Of a DNA stretch of 64,000 bases, positions 49,501 through 62,109 are shown piece after piece. The stretch covers positions 21,204,001-21,268,000 of the forward strand of contig NC_043009.1 in NCBI RefSeq assembly GCF_006345805.1. The letters are read 5' to 3'. The notes under the pieces are model-generated. The model searched no databases and had not been told where the DNA came from. It worked only from the letters and a program-made list of their open reading frames with translations. The translations under genes were made by a program, and so were the position numbers. The stretch is from Octopus sinensis (lineage: Eukaryota). Numbering within the stretch: position 1 is the first letter of the stretch; each line of letters opens with the position of its first letter.

Positions 49501-50029
49501 TATACTTTCTCTAGATTCAAATAGCACTCGGTTCTAAATAGTATTTTTAAAAGACTTAAATAGTTGTTAAAGGCTTATGTACTGTATTTATCTAGGAATA
49601 CTAATCTGTCATAAATTATGGGCATACTATTTTTGTATATCTATGTATAAGTGTTTTGTATTTGAATGTTTGTGTGTTTATATATTTTGATATAAGTTGC
49701 TTTTTTGTGTATATTGATATATATCTACTTTTCAACTGGTCTTTTTATGTATATGGATATGCATTCAATTTTGGACTTCGGTGTATTGTTGTGTACATAG
49801 CATGGGTCAATGTACTAAACACATTGTGATCACTATTGGATAGGTGCGTGTGTATACATGCGTATTGGTGTATATGTATGTGTGTGCATATATACTTATA
49901 TATATTCATTTTTCATGTAGGTTTTTTTGTATGAATCCACATGGTGGTCTTTAGTATTATGTTGTTTTTCTGTATGTATGTACTCATTTGTAATTTTTTA
50001 TTTACTGGTACTTGTTAATTTATTATTCC

Positions 50030-50666
50030 TTGTATGTGTGCATATGTGTATGTGTATGTATGCATGTATGTGTATGTGAAAGCATGCGTGTATATGCGTA
50101 TATATGTGTGTGCATGTATATGTGTGCATGTATATGTGTGCATGTATGTATGTATGTATGCGTATGTATGTATGCATGTATGCATATATACATGTGTATG
50201 TGTGCATGCATGTGTATATGTGCTTACATGTATTTATGTGCATGCGTACGTGTATGAGAGTGCATGGGTATGTGAGCGCATGTATGCGCGCACGCGTGTA
50301 TGTGTGTGTGTACATGTGTATATGTGTGCACCTGTGTGTATGCGCATGTATGTATGGGAGCGTGTATATGTGCACATGTATGTGTGTGTACGCATGTATA
50401 AGTGTGCACGCGCATATATGTGCGCGCATATTTGTGTACATGCGTGTATGTATGCACTTGTATGGGTGCGTATGTGTATATGTACATACTTTTGTGTGTA
50501 TATGTATATACTTGTGTGTATATGTATGTATGTTTATGTGTGTGTATATGTGTGGGTTGATGAATGGATGTATATGTGTGTATATGTATATATGTTTGTT
50601 TGAGGAGTGTGTATGTGGGTATATGAATGTATATATATGTTGCGTGTATATATGTGTGTATGTGTG

Positions 50667-50701
<35 letters not shown>

Positions 50702-51010
50702 ATGCATATGTGTGTGTGTTTTTTGTGTGTATGTATGTGTGCTGATGAATGTATGTATATGTGTGTATATGCAGATATGTATATATGTCTATTTAAGAAG
50801 TGTGTATGTATGTAGGCAGATATGTATATATGTCTATTTAAGTAGTGTGTATGTATGTATTTATATATTTATGTATGCATGTATATATATATATATATGT
50901 ATATGTGTGTATGTATATATATGTGTACGTGTGTGTATGTATATTTATGTGTGGGTATATAGATATATGTATGTATATATGTATGTGTGTATGTATGAAT
51001 GTACATGTCT
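50030..51010. repeat. ~1-kb compound (GT/AT/GC) microsatellite
   Basis: Alternating purine-pyrimidine repeats. The ORFs called here are artefacts. Confidence 0.95.
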
Positions 51011-51552
51011 GTGTATATCTATAATAACCGCTAAGTTTTTTTATAGCAGTGTCGTATGAAATTGTCACCCATAATTATAACCCTAGTATCGATCTATTGC
51101 ATTTCAATCTATTTTAGATTTAGGGTTAGAGTTAAGGTTAGTTAGGGTTAGTTAGGGTTAGGGGTGGGGGAAGTGTATCTTTTTTCTTCACAAATGTAAA
51201 TACACCCAATCTGTTTCTTAAAGGAGGGACATATTCATTATGCACAGAATGTTATTTACGTCAATGGAGGTAATTGATTGGTTAAAATTGCCGAAATGCA
51301 AGAAATTTTAGACGAAATATGTTACAACCTGTAGAATATTCTCAATAAAGCCAAGAGAAAATGATGTTTTATAAACACATTCTACCAGTAAACGAAGTTT
51401 AAAATTTTTTAGTTACCTAGAAATTATGTTACAAACTGCCGTTCAAAAGGAAAAGATCCTTGACATCCTCCATGCTACAGTGAAAGATGAATGAGGCTGG
51501 AAGAGTGCAGTTTTTGAATTAAACGTGCAAGCTTAAGGAAGAAGGATAGGTA

Positions 51553-51690
51553 AGTGATGCTAGCGGATGGGGCCGTTAGCATCACTTTCATCTTTCATTT
51601 TCATATTTCATTTATTCATACTTTGTGTAATTGTAATGTTTTATGTCCCCAATGTTTGTATTATCCCCTCTGTGTAGCCCTTTATGGGTA
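51553..51690 (+). mobile_element. 3' UTR-like end of a Tx1/ORF1-only family element
   Basis: Hairpin gtgatgctagcgg/ccgttagcatcac, TTTCA-rich tract, ttatgtcccc and taataaaga. This is the same order of motifs as the 3' end of 1345-3009. Confidence 0.55.
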
Positions 51691-54600
51691 ATAAAGAAAC
51701 GAAATCTGAAGAGTAGGACACTCGTTTATAAAACGTACTGTCCTTCATCGAAGAAATTCAAGCACTTCGAAAAGTGCGGAATAGAAAAATGCCTGGACCC
51801 TATATGGAAAGATATAAAATACATAGCGAGGGGGCATATGGAACAATAGATGCCAGATTCGAGACGGCCGAAAAAGCCCAAGAGCACTCAGTGAGTCCTC
51901 TAAAAACGAAGGAGGTGGTGCTGCTCCCAACATACATGGGAAGGAGAACAGCACGCGTCCGAATAAACGACGTACCACCAGGAATTGAGGCAAGGGAGGT
52001 GATGGCCGCCCTGTTGTATAACAGGACGGACAAAGGCACCTTCCTCCTAATTACATGCACTGCCCCACAAAATTGGCAAGGGCAGAGCATCTCTGCGATT
52101 ATTCAAGGAACGCAACAAGACATCGAAATGTTGCCAGAAAGAGTGCTCTTGGAGGAAGATATTGCCCTCAAGATTCAAGTAGAGGGCAAAAAGCCCACGT
52201 GTTTCGAATGTGGAATAAAGGCCACATTCGTGTAGACTGTGAAATATGGAAGAAAAAAAAGAAAATAAGTGCGCAGACATCAGGCCCTTCAACTACAGAA
52301 AAAGACCCCAAACCCGCACACAAATTAGCCCCCACAGAAACAAATACTCCCACCCCACCATCTGTGGCATTCGCTCCCAAACAAAACACCCAAAAACCCC
52401 AGGCCATGCACACACCGGTCCCGACAGAAAAAAATGCACCCACCCCCTCTGAAGTAACAACTCCTCTGAAAGACACCATGGAGGTGACCGGGGGGGGGGA
52501 GTTCAAGACACTCAGGAAAAAAAGAACACATGCACCTTCCCCATCCATATCCCCCACAAAGAAAGAAGAAGAAAAACAGCACACTACAGAGAAAAAAGAT
52601 CCCGCTCCACTGTCCCAGAAGAGAAAATAAAAAAGAACAAAGACGGAACAAAAACCCTGGTAAAGTTTGATACCAGGGATAAATATATTATGGACATTTT
52701 AAAAAAGCACCCCACTGTGGAGCTGTTGCAGCAGCCCGAAGGCAAGGAAGAGAGATATGCGTGGATATCAGAAAAATTGTATAATGAAATGAAGGGTAGG
52801 CATCCGAGGACCATCACGAGCATCCCGGACCTTCCGCGGTATTTGAAGGAGTTTTTTAAGGAGCAGGAGGAAAGGACTGCCTCACGTGTGGTGAGATCAT
52901 CCCAAGCATCACCAATAAAAGAATAAGTCAAAGAGTAAGTAGAATCCTTGCTTTTCTTTTGTTTTAAATGACTGCACTTAGCCTTGGCTGTTTGAATGTG
53001 CGTGGTCTGAGCTCGAAGTGGAAGCAAGCTTGTTTCCTCGACGACCTCAGATCACACGATATGCATGTGATGGTTGCTACAGAGACCAAGCTGAACAGTC
53101 TACAAGCCTTCTCGCCCCTCCTGAATGACTATGAGAAAATCATGTCTCCTAGCCGGACCGGAGGGCGAGGGGGTGTAGTATTACTGGTTCGAAAAGGCTT
53201 GGCTCTGCAGACAAGTACAGTCTATGAAGACCCAGAAGGTGGGCTGGTCGTCCTTGATGTGACATACAGCAGTAAGGCCTTCAGATTGATCGAGATCTAT
53301 GCACCTTGTGCTAGAGGATTTCAAACTGATTTTTATCGGCGCCTAGAGAACTTTCTCGTGACGTCGAAGACATTAGTGGTGTTAGGTGACTATAACGCTA
53401 TTGTTGATGCGCGCATCGATAGCGTTGGCTCGATCTATAGGAAAGTAAACTCACGTCTCGTGGATCTACTCAAGCGGTTTCAGCTGGCAGATCGTTACAG
53501 ACTTGACCATCCGAACGTCCCAGAGTGGACCTGGATGAGTGGCGACGGAAGGTTCAAGTCCTATTTAGATAGGATAGTGATAAGAACTGGAGATAAGTTT
53601 AGTTTTAGCTGTCCACAGCTTGTCCAAGTAGCATACACTGACCATAGAATGGCTAAGTGTAGACTGGACTTAGATAGTACAGTTAAGAGAGTATCCAGCT
53701 ACTGGAAGCTGAACAAATCTATTTTGACTTGCGAGGCATACCGTAGCCGGATTGAGGAATTAGTACAGAGGGCGTTAACCGGCGCGGTGGTTAATAACCG
53801 ATGGTGGTTCGCCCTGAAGAGAGCCATTCGTTTTGAATCTATTAGGTTTAGCCGTCAGCTAAGACTAGATAAGGCCAGAATAGAAGGGCAACTAGTTAAG
53901 GACCTAGAGGAGGCGTTGAGGTTGGGCTCTGCATCTCACATTTTGGCAGCGAGAGCAGCCTTGGACCGTCACCTCAAAGCCAAACATGAGGGGTGCAGAG
54001 TTCGGGCTAAAGTGCGCGCATTAGGCCGTGAGGGAATTAATGTTGCCGGATGGGCCCGTACGGTAGAAACCCAGCGTGACAATAATGCCACAATTAGGTC
54101 TCTCGTGGATGACAATGGGAGTTCGGTCGATGGATGGGACGAGATGTGTGAGGCGATTCACAAGCACTTTGCCGAGTTGTTTGGGAGTGGCGGGACACTG
54201 GATCATGGCGAGGCCCTTAGAGACTTCCTGTCTGGCGGCACGAGAGGCTGAGTGCTGTGAAGAGCCAATCATGGTAATCGAGGTACTGGGCAAATGCCCC
54301 GGGGAGAAGACGCCGAGTCTCGATGGTCTGCCTTATGAATTTTACAAAACTATGCCAAACTTGTTCAGGCACCTGCTGACCAGCGTCTCCGCCAATTGGC
54401 AGCAGAATGGGAGAATTCCTAAGTCTGTGAGCCGAGGGGTGGTGACGTTGATCGGGAAGGACCCGAGCAAAGGGACGAGATAGGGAACTTCAGGCCCATA
54501 ACTCTGCTGAACACAGAGTTAAAGATTTTGGCCAAGGTGCTAGCGAAAAGGTTGGCGCGGGTCGTGGACAAACTTGTCGGGGAAGTGCAAACATACGCTA

Positions 54601-56140
54601 TCCCGGGAAAGACGATCCACGACAATCTCCACCTTATACGCTACTCCTTAGGGAAGGTGGGGAAGCTTTCTGGCGCAGGGGGAGCACCAGTCTAAGGCAT
54701 TCGATAGGGTCGACCATCGGTACTTAGCGGCGATCCTCGTGAAGGCTGGCCTGGGCCCGACCTTCCGCAATTGGATTGCTGCGTTGTACAGCGACATCGA
54801 GTCCGTCGTAAAAGTGAACGGTTTCCTTTCGAAGCCATTCAGGATCGAGCGTTCAGTGCGCCAGGGGTGTCCCCTGTCCACGCTTTTGTATGTACTGGCT
54901 CTCGAGCCATTATTGCGGAAGTTGGAGGCACTAGGGGGAGCACCGCATGATCTATGGTGTGGAAGAGGAGCTACGGCGTATGCGGATGACATCTCCATCA
55001 TCGTGGCGGATGAGGGCCAGCTTCCAGTGGTGAAAGAGGCTATCAAAAGTTACGAGGCGGTGGAAGGAGCAAAGGTTAATTGGTTTGCAACTCGGCACCT
55101 GGAGGGGCAAGCCGATGCCGTCCAATAACGTCGTGGGGCGTTGGACGGAAGGTCCTGTTAAGCAGCTCGGAGTCTGGTTCGGGCCAGACCTCCAGATAGA
55201 GAAAAATTGGAGTGAGGTGGCCAGCAAGGTGACTGCTCTAACCCAGACCTGGTCTGGGCGGGCGTTATCCTTGCTAGGAAAGGCGAAAGTAGTACAGATG
55301 TTTATAGCATCGGTTATCACCTACCGTCTGACCGTGGTGCCTTGCCCCTATTTGTGGCTGAACAAGTTGGAAAGAATCATTTTCCACTTTTTGTGGAAGG
55401 GAGGAAAGCCACTCGTGAAGCGCTCTGTCTGCTGCCAGAAACCGCTAAAGGATAGGCTAGGGATGCCTTAGCTGAGGGTGCGAAAATTCGCGTTAAGGTT
55501 GAGGCACCTCTAGCTTTACCTGGATGGAGAGCAGGTGTGGTCACCGCACGTTCGGTTCTACCTTCCGCAATTAACGTCCTAAACGGACATTGGTAATTGG
55601 ATCAAGCAGAGACCTAGGCTGGGGGACTGGCAATTGGAGTGCCGCCAGGCACTTCAGCTACTCTCTCGGGCGGGCATTGCCGGCAACAAGAGTTCCATCG
55701 CGGATTTCTATAGCGGGTTAGTGGAGGTTAAATCCGAAGACGCCTTGAGGGAGACCCTGGGCTACGATGAAAATCAGTTGATCAACCTGTTCCGGAGAAC
55801 TTTCGGGCCGGGGTATCTGGATAGTTACCAGAAATCCCTGGCTTGGCAGTGCTTCCGTGCGGCGTTACATGTTCGTGATAAACTGTCAAGGCACGGAAGT
55901 GCTGTCTCGCCGACATGTCCGAGGTGCGGGCAGGACAGGGAAACGGTCTTGCACGCATTTGTGGAATGTCCGGAATTAACGGGACTGATAGTTTTCGCAG
56001 AGCAACTGTTGTCATCGATGGGAAGAGTACAGCTATCAACTGAATCTATCATCGAGATTGTGCCGCCTCCTTCCCTTAACAGGGAAAGGAAAGCTTGCCT
56101 TTTCTGCGTCGTAGCTATACTGAAAGAAACAGTATGAAAG
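51690..56140 (+). mobile_element. Tx1/L1-clade LINE, degenerate, 5'- and 3'-truncated
   Basis: ORF1 with knuckle CFECGIKGHIRVDC (frameshifted); ORF2 with APE (LNVRGL, ETK, IYAP, GDYNA, LDRI, TDH), RT (RPITLLN, VRQGCPLS, AYADDI) and a C-terminal zinc finger CPRCGQDRETVLHAFVECP. Confidence 0.92.
52968..56137 (+). pseudogene. Tx1-type ORF2 (APE-RT-zf-RVT), fragmented
   Basis: ORF pieces 52968-54251, 54076-54483, 54739-55128, 55085-55471 and 55634-56137. Confidence 0.9.
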
Positions 56141-59100
56141 ACGCTAGTCGAATAGATTGTATTTGTAATTCAAAAGCACAGCCTTGTCATAAAATGTGTC
56201 AGACTGATTCTGCCTGAGATTTACGTTAAGGTTACACGTGTCTTAGTATACTCACCCATTTATACGCTATCTATTTGTACAACTCAGTGATATTTACAAC
56301 CACTGGTGCAACCAGAGGAGTAGCTCCATGATATTAAAGTCTTAGTACTTTAGGTTTTCTAGAACTAAGCTGATTCTGGACCATATTTTGTTCCAATTGT
56401 TTTCAAATTGGGTATATGGATTAAGTTTTGTACACTAATTATGAAAATAAAATTCATTTTCCCCATAAAACCACAATTAAAAAGATATTAGACTTGAAAA
56501 TTTGCAAAATTTGAGTATTTTAGCCAATCAGAAGTGAGTATTTTACTCATCACCTTAGCGAAGAACTCTGTTTCCATAGTAACCAAAGCAAAGAAGCACC
56601 ACATCTTCCATAGCTGATTGCGAAAATAGTAAACAAAGATGCTGCGCATGAGCACAAGGAGTGTAACCACCACGTGTTCTATAATTGTTTGTTTTCATAA
56701 TACATGGGACTCACACTCAACCAATTTATGTGGAGAAGGAGATATGAGAAAGATAATTTATTTTAGAAAATCCTAGAGCGTATTGCAAACATTCATTCTT
56801 GAATTTTTTAAACTAATAAATGTCTGTTTTAAGCAATGTTTTGACTTATTTCTAGCAACTTCTCTTGATTTGCTTGTAGCTTTTAAATATTTTACTCGCC
56901 CGTGAATGTTTTAATGTTTTTCGTTGTTTAATTTAGCTAGTTTAATGTTTTGACATGGCGTGCCCCCTCGAACGCGCCGTTTTCTGATTGGCTGAAAATT
57001 TTGATAATTATCAAACTTTAAACACCTGTAACGTTTTCGCAAAATTTTTCTAGAATAAATGAAGAGCAAATTCGGATTCAGCGTCAAAAATTACATTTAT
57101 ATTATACATCAAATTTTTTTTTTAAGATTTCGACACACGGTGACGCAAACCACAAAGATCCGACTACAACATCTTTTTATTGGACTCCATTATATGTATC
57201 TATTTGTAAGTTTCTGCCTCTCTCCTATGTTGTTTTCTTGAATGTCCTTGGTCTTTTTCTTTACAATATCTAACTTCTCATGACCATTGGTGCAACAAAA
57301 GTAGAAGTACCATAGGATTAAAATCTTTGAACTTGAAGCGCGCCGAAGCTACACGTTTCTTGCCTTCATTGCTGATAACAATTTTTCGCGCGCGCGCACA
57401 TTCTAATTGGTAACCTGAAAAATCATCGACATACCAAAAGAAGAAATACAAATAAAAAATAATGAGGCATGTTCCCTTGTCACTGACTATATTAAAAGAA
57501 TTTCCAAGCACAGGATTGGGCGTGTGTTTAAGAAAGTTGGTTTTGCAACGTCGTAGTTAATGGCGTCTTCACTCATGGCCTCAGGTTGGCTGATGCTTTG
57601 TGAATGGGATTTGTTAGACGGACAATGTACATAAGCCCGATGAGTATATTTAGTGGACGCTCATTTTAACTGGCTGGCTCTTTTTTAATCCCAGAAAGAA
57701 CAAACAGTATATTCTAACTGTGACCGTCCTATTTTTTAAGGACTACTTTATCTACAATGACTTTTCATTCGTTCATGTAATTATTTGATCATTTCAGTTA
57801 GTAGTCTGTGATTTAAGGGTGACTCGGCTTTGCTCTAGCAGATGAGGATAGCAAGTAGACTTCCTCGTTACCTCTTGCTAAACATATGTGTGACATGACA
57901 GTTCATTACGACAGTTCAAATTGCAAGATTCATTTGATATGACGACAGATAATATTTTGAAGAAATTTATACTTTCAATCTGTTAATTTTACTGAAGCTA
58001 TTTATCGCTATTGTTACTTGAGAACTGCAGTTTAAATGTTGCAGTGCTGTGACTATTTGTTTTGACAGATAAACCTATTGAATTTTTTTCTTTTTCATTT
58101 TAACTTCCTAAAGTAATGCTTCTAGATATTATTTGGAGTTCTTGACCAAAGCTCAAAAATAGATAATAATAATTCATAAGCCCTGAAATCTAGAGGGAGG
58201 GTCTAGTCGATTTCATTGACTCCAGTGCCTGACTGGTAATAATTTTATTGATCCCGAAAAGATATGTCGGGCTGGCTAGATGGGTCTTGATTAATTAGTT
58301 GGAAGTTTAGGCTCCTTCCCGTTCCATATTAAAACCAACTACGAACATCTGTTTATATATGCTTACATAACAATATTTACATAATTATATAGAAGCTACC
58401 AAGTTGTGTAGTAGTCTGCCAAATGTAAAAGAAGTACATAGCTGAAATCTTTTTTGTTTGGTTTAGCTTTTTTGAAATTTTACAATTAAGTGAAAATTTT
58501 CAAATTTGGTGTATAGATGTAATTTTTCACACTGAATCTGATGTTATTCACTTGTGCTAGAAAAAATTTAGAACCGAGCTACAGAGGTTTAAAGTTTGAT
58601 CATTTTCACCCAATCAGAAGACAGGATTCGGAAGCTAGTATTTTGTGCGTGATGACAGCATTACGATGACTGATGACAACATTGCGATGACAAAACATTC
58701 AACGATGGAAGTTTAAGAAAGTTTTAATGAATACAGTCACGTGAAATATTAAAAGAGGGATGTAATGCGAAAAATACCAGAATGATAAATTATGAAAAAA
58801 ACAAACTGTAGTTCAGTTCATGTAAGGATCGAAGTGTTGGAACAGGCAGCTGAATCTCTTCCTCTTCCAGAAGAACACTCTAACGTCATAAAATGAGGAA
58901 AGACAGTTATGGTAATCCTAAATAACTCTAAGACAGTCGTTTAGCATTAGAAAGTTCCTTTTGATCATAGGTCTTCCCGATCGACGGCATCCTCCTCGGT
59001 TTACAATATTTCCATCATATGCGAAACGATAAACAGACTACACAACGGCTTGGAAACAGGCACCAATATGTCTGTGGCTTTCGATTGGTTAACTTACCCA

Positions 59101-59399
59101 AAATTTGCACTCTTTAAAAGCTATTAATTTTTTATTTATTAATTTAAGGCAAGAATGAATTTTCTTTCCATAACGAACATACAAAACTACATCAATACAA
59201 CAAAGTTGAAATCAATTGGAACAAAATTGAAGAAATTGAAAAGTACTAGCCAAACATGACTGAATTAATAAAGATAAAAATGGCTTCGTGTGAGGCACAG
59301 GAAATATTCTGTTCTTCATAGCAGATGGTTTCTTTAAGCTAAAGTGAAACAGAAATCAAGAAACCAGTTTTCTTACGGACTTGTTGTTTGTGTCCCTTA

Positions 59400-59650
59400 A
59401 GTGCACCATGAGAAGTTCGATTATCAACAACGTTGTTTTAGGTACGATCTCTTCTCGCGACATATTTAACCCATGAGTAAAGGAAGAGCACTACAGTCAT
59501 AAGAGGAAGGATACTACCTTCAAACCATGTGTCTTTCCTCACCGACAACTCCATGCATTCTCGACGAGAGCACCGCCAGTACATGTACCCACCACGCCTT
59601 TTTGTAGTAAAATTTGCAACAGAACACAGCGCCAAATTTGTCAACACGTG
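59400..59650 (-). pseudogene. Merlin (IS1595/ISXO2-like) transposase N-terminal relic
   Basis: YWRCSRREC..LSVRKDTWFEGSILPLMTVVLFLYSW resembles the WRC...SIRxxTWFE.S.L...W block of Merlin transposases. The DDE part is not seen. Confidence 0.6.
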
Positions 59651-61162
59651 CTATCTCGCAGATAAAAAAGTTCTCATGTTCCGCTTGTTACTATGGAAAC
59701 AGGCGTGAATGTGTCTGTGACTTACGATTGGCTAAAATTACCAAAATTTTCAAACTTTAATTGCTAATAACTCCTTATTTACTAATTCATAGAGAAAATG
59801 ATTTCCACCTCATTCACTAGCCAATAAAAGTATATCGTTACACTGAATATGAAATCAATTCGAACAGAAGTGATGCTGGCAGCCAAATCGTCTAGATCAG
59901 AAAATTACTTAGTTCTTACGTTTACATTAATGACACACAGTTATCACGATTTAGATTTTCTTTTGGGATTTTTCGCATTTTAAAAATATTTTATTTTTGA
60001 ACGAGTTATTTTTGCTAGCATACAATTTTATTTTTGTGGCACACCTAATTATATTTTTGCGGCACACCTAATTATATCACGTGGCACAGTAGGTTTGGGA
60101 ATCACTGCTGTAAGCACTGATAAAAATATACCCAGTTTCAAACCTGTTAACACTGCAACACAATGTTTATTTGCTTAACAGACACAGACTGTCTGAAACA
60201 TATAAACAGTTATTTTATTTTAATTTTCAGGTCCATTTATGGCTTCCTGCATTATAATATTTTCTTCGTGAACAAGTCCTTCTTTATTAGAACTGAAGAA
60301 CATCTTTCTGGTATTCAAGCTTATCAATCTTAAATTTGCTGCCTCACCGAATTAGTGCTTCACAGAAGTATCTTTCAGTTGTCAGCTATTTCTGCTAGCT
60401 TAATTTTATGATTTTACCATAGGCTTACATGCTTATGGGTGTATATGTGTGTGTGAGTGAGGGAATGAGTATGTGTGTGTGTGCGTGTGTATGCGTGTGT
60501 GTGCGCGCGTGTGTGTTTGTGCCTGTTTGTGCGTGTGTGTGTGTGTTTATATATGGTATAATACACTACGTCTAAGAACTTATCCCATCACCACTTCAAA
60601 AAGTAGGCATGTGGTCTCGTATGTGAGATAGGTCACATCCTATGATACGTCGTGTAAACAAGTACAGATCGTATGACTACAAGAGGGTGTCGTATCGTTT
60701 AGCTCGCTCTTATAAAGCTTGTTTGGTTGGCCATTGGTTAAAGAATTTGACCTTGTTCTGGCGTCACTTTCTATTCGAGACTCTTACTATATTCTTGTTT
60801 TAGATAAAAATACAGTATATTTGATAAGAAGATCTGCTCTTTTAACTGGTATTTATTATCTTTTCTCTTCATTCTCTCACTTTTCTTTTACTCCCATTTC
60901 ATACATTTTAAATGTTATTAATAAACAATACTTTCTGTAAAGGTGGTGGAATGCCAGAATCGATTCACTACTAGACAAGATTTAGTCCGGATGAGTTAGT
61001 TATGTTTCATTCCTCAATGTTATGGTGGACTATAAAATAACCTTCAATCAAATAAGTTTTGCAGTCATGTGGTTCTCACTTCTGTCGTACAACGCTGCAC
61101 GCAGAGCAATGTCGAGGAGTTTTGTTTACAGCTGACCCAGGACTAAATAACAAGAAGAAGAG

Positions 61163-61230
<68 letters not shown>

Positions 61231-61560
61231 CGTACAAGATTAAAGGACTGACCACTAAAAGTGGACAGTCTATATGCTAGATATAGACGTCAAAATCGCT
61301 ATTTTCTACGAAGAATGTGTTCTCAAGAAAAAACTCAGCAAAAAAACAAAGTGTAAAAATAAGCAAGAAATAAAATACACGAAATAAAAAATCGTTTTAT
61401 ATTTCGTATATTTTTTCATTTGTCTTGCTTATCTTCACACTTTGGTTTTAGCTGAGTTTTTTCTTGAGAACACGTTCTTCGTGGAAAATAGCGATTTTGA
61501 CGTCTGTATCTAGCATATAAACTGTCCACTTTTAGTGGTCAGTCCTTTAAATCGTGTATG
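61231..61560. mobile_element. 330-bp foldback MITE flanked by TA
   Basis: Nearly the whole element is an inverted repeat (aaaggactgaccactaaaagtggacag...ctcagc and its complement). TA lies at 61229-61230 and 61561-61562. Confidence 0.85.
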
Positions 61561-61751
61561 TAAAAAATATTTTTAATCTTCGGATTTTTTTAATATGCTA
61601 GGCCACTGGTTTTAATTGATTAATAACAATTTCTACCCTTGTTTAATTATATATATATATATATACACACACACTATCGTAAATTTGAGGGTAATAAACT
61701 AAAATTTATTACCAGTGGTTAGCATGCATGAATAAAAGTCATAAGACATAA

Positions 61752-62073
61752 TATATTTTTTAAAATATAAGAGTGTATAAAATATTTTTATACACAGAGG
61801 AGACCATTGACAGGACTCCTTACGTGCTAAAAGGGCCAGTTAAAACCCAAAATCACGAAAAAGAGAATTCACGAGGCAAGCCGTTATAACACTAGAACGA
61901 AGAAAAAGATGAATTAGTTAATCCCGAACTCGAGTTTCGCTATTAATTTCCAAATAAACTAATTTGGAATCTGTAGCTTTAAAATACATACTGGCCTTTT
62001 TAGCATGTAAGTAGTCCTGTGAATGGTCTCCATTTTGTGTATAAAAATATTTTATACATTCTTATATTTTGAA

Positions 62074-62080
<7 letters not shown>
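61752..62080. mobile_element. MITE-like element with ~90-bp TIRs
   Basis: 61752-61840 is the inverted repeat of ~61990-62080 (aaaatataagagtgtataaaatatttttatacaca...ggagaccatt.acaggact). Confidence 0.75.
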
Positions 62081-62107
<27 letters not shown>

Positions 62108-62109
62108 AT

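Noticed and set aside
49998-51068. Long Cys/Val/Met-rich ORFs resembling metallothionein-like proteins
   Set aside because: Compound microsatellite open in all frames, with no coding signature.
60030-60110. hAT/Charlie-like terminal sequence (cagtgattcccaaac, reverse strand)
   Set aside because: Only one end is seen, with no partner TIR or 8-bp TSD, so no element could be delimited.
60211-60335. Strong plus-strand splice acceptor (ttttaattttcAG at 60229-60230) followed by a 33-codon frame
   Set aside because: There is no recognisable product, no linked exons and no clear donor, so it is not enough to call a gene.
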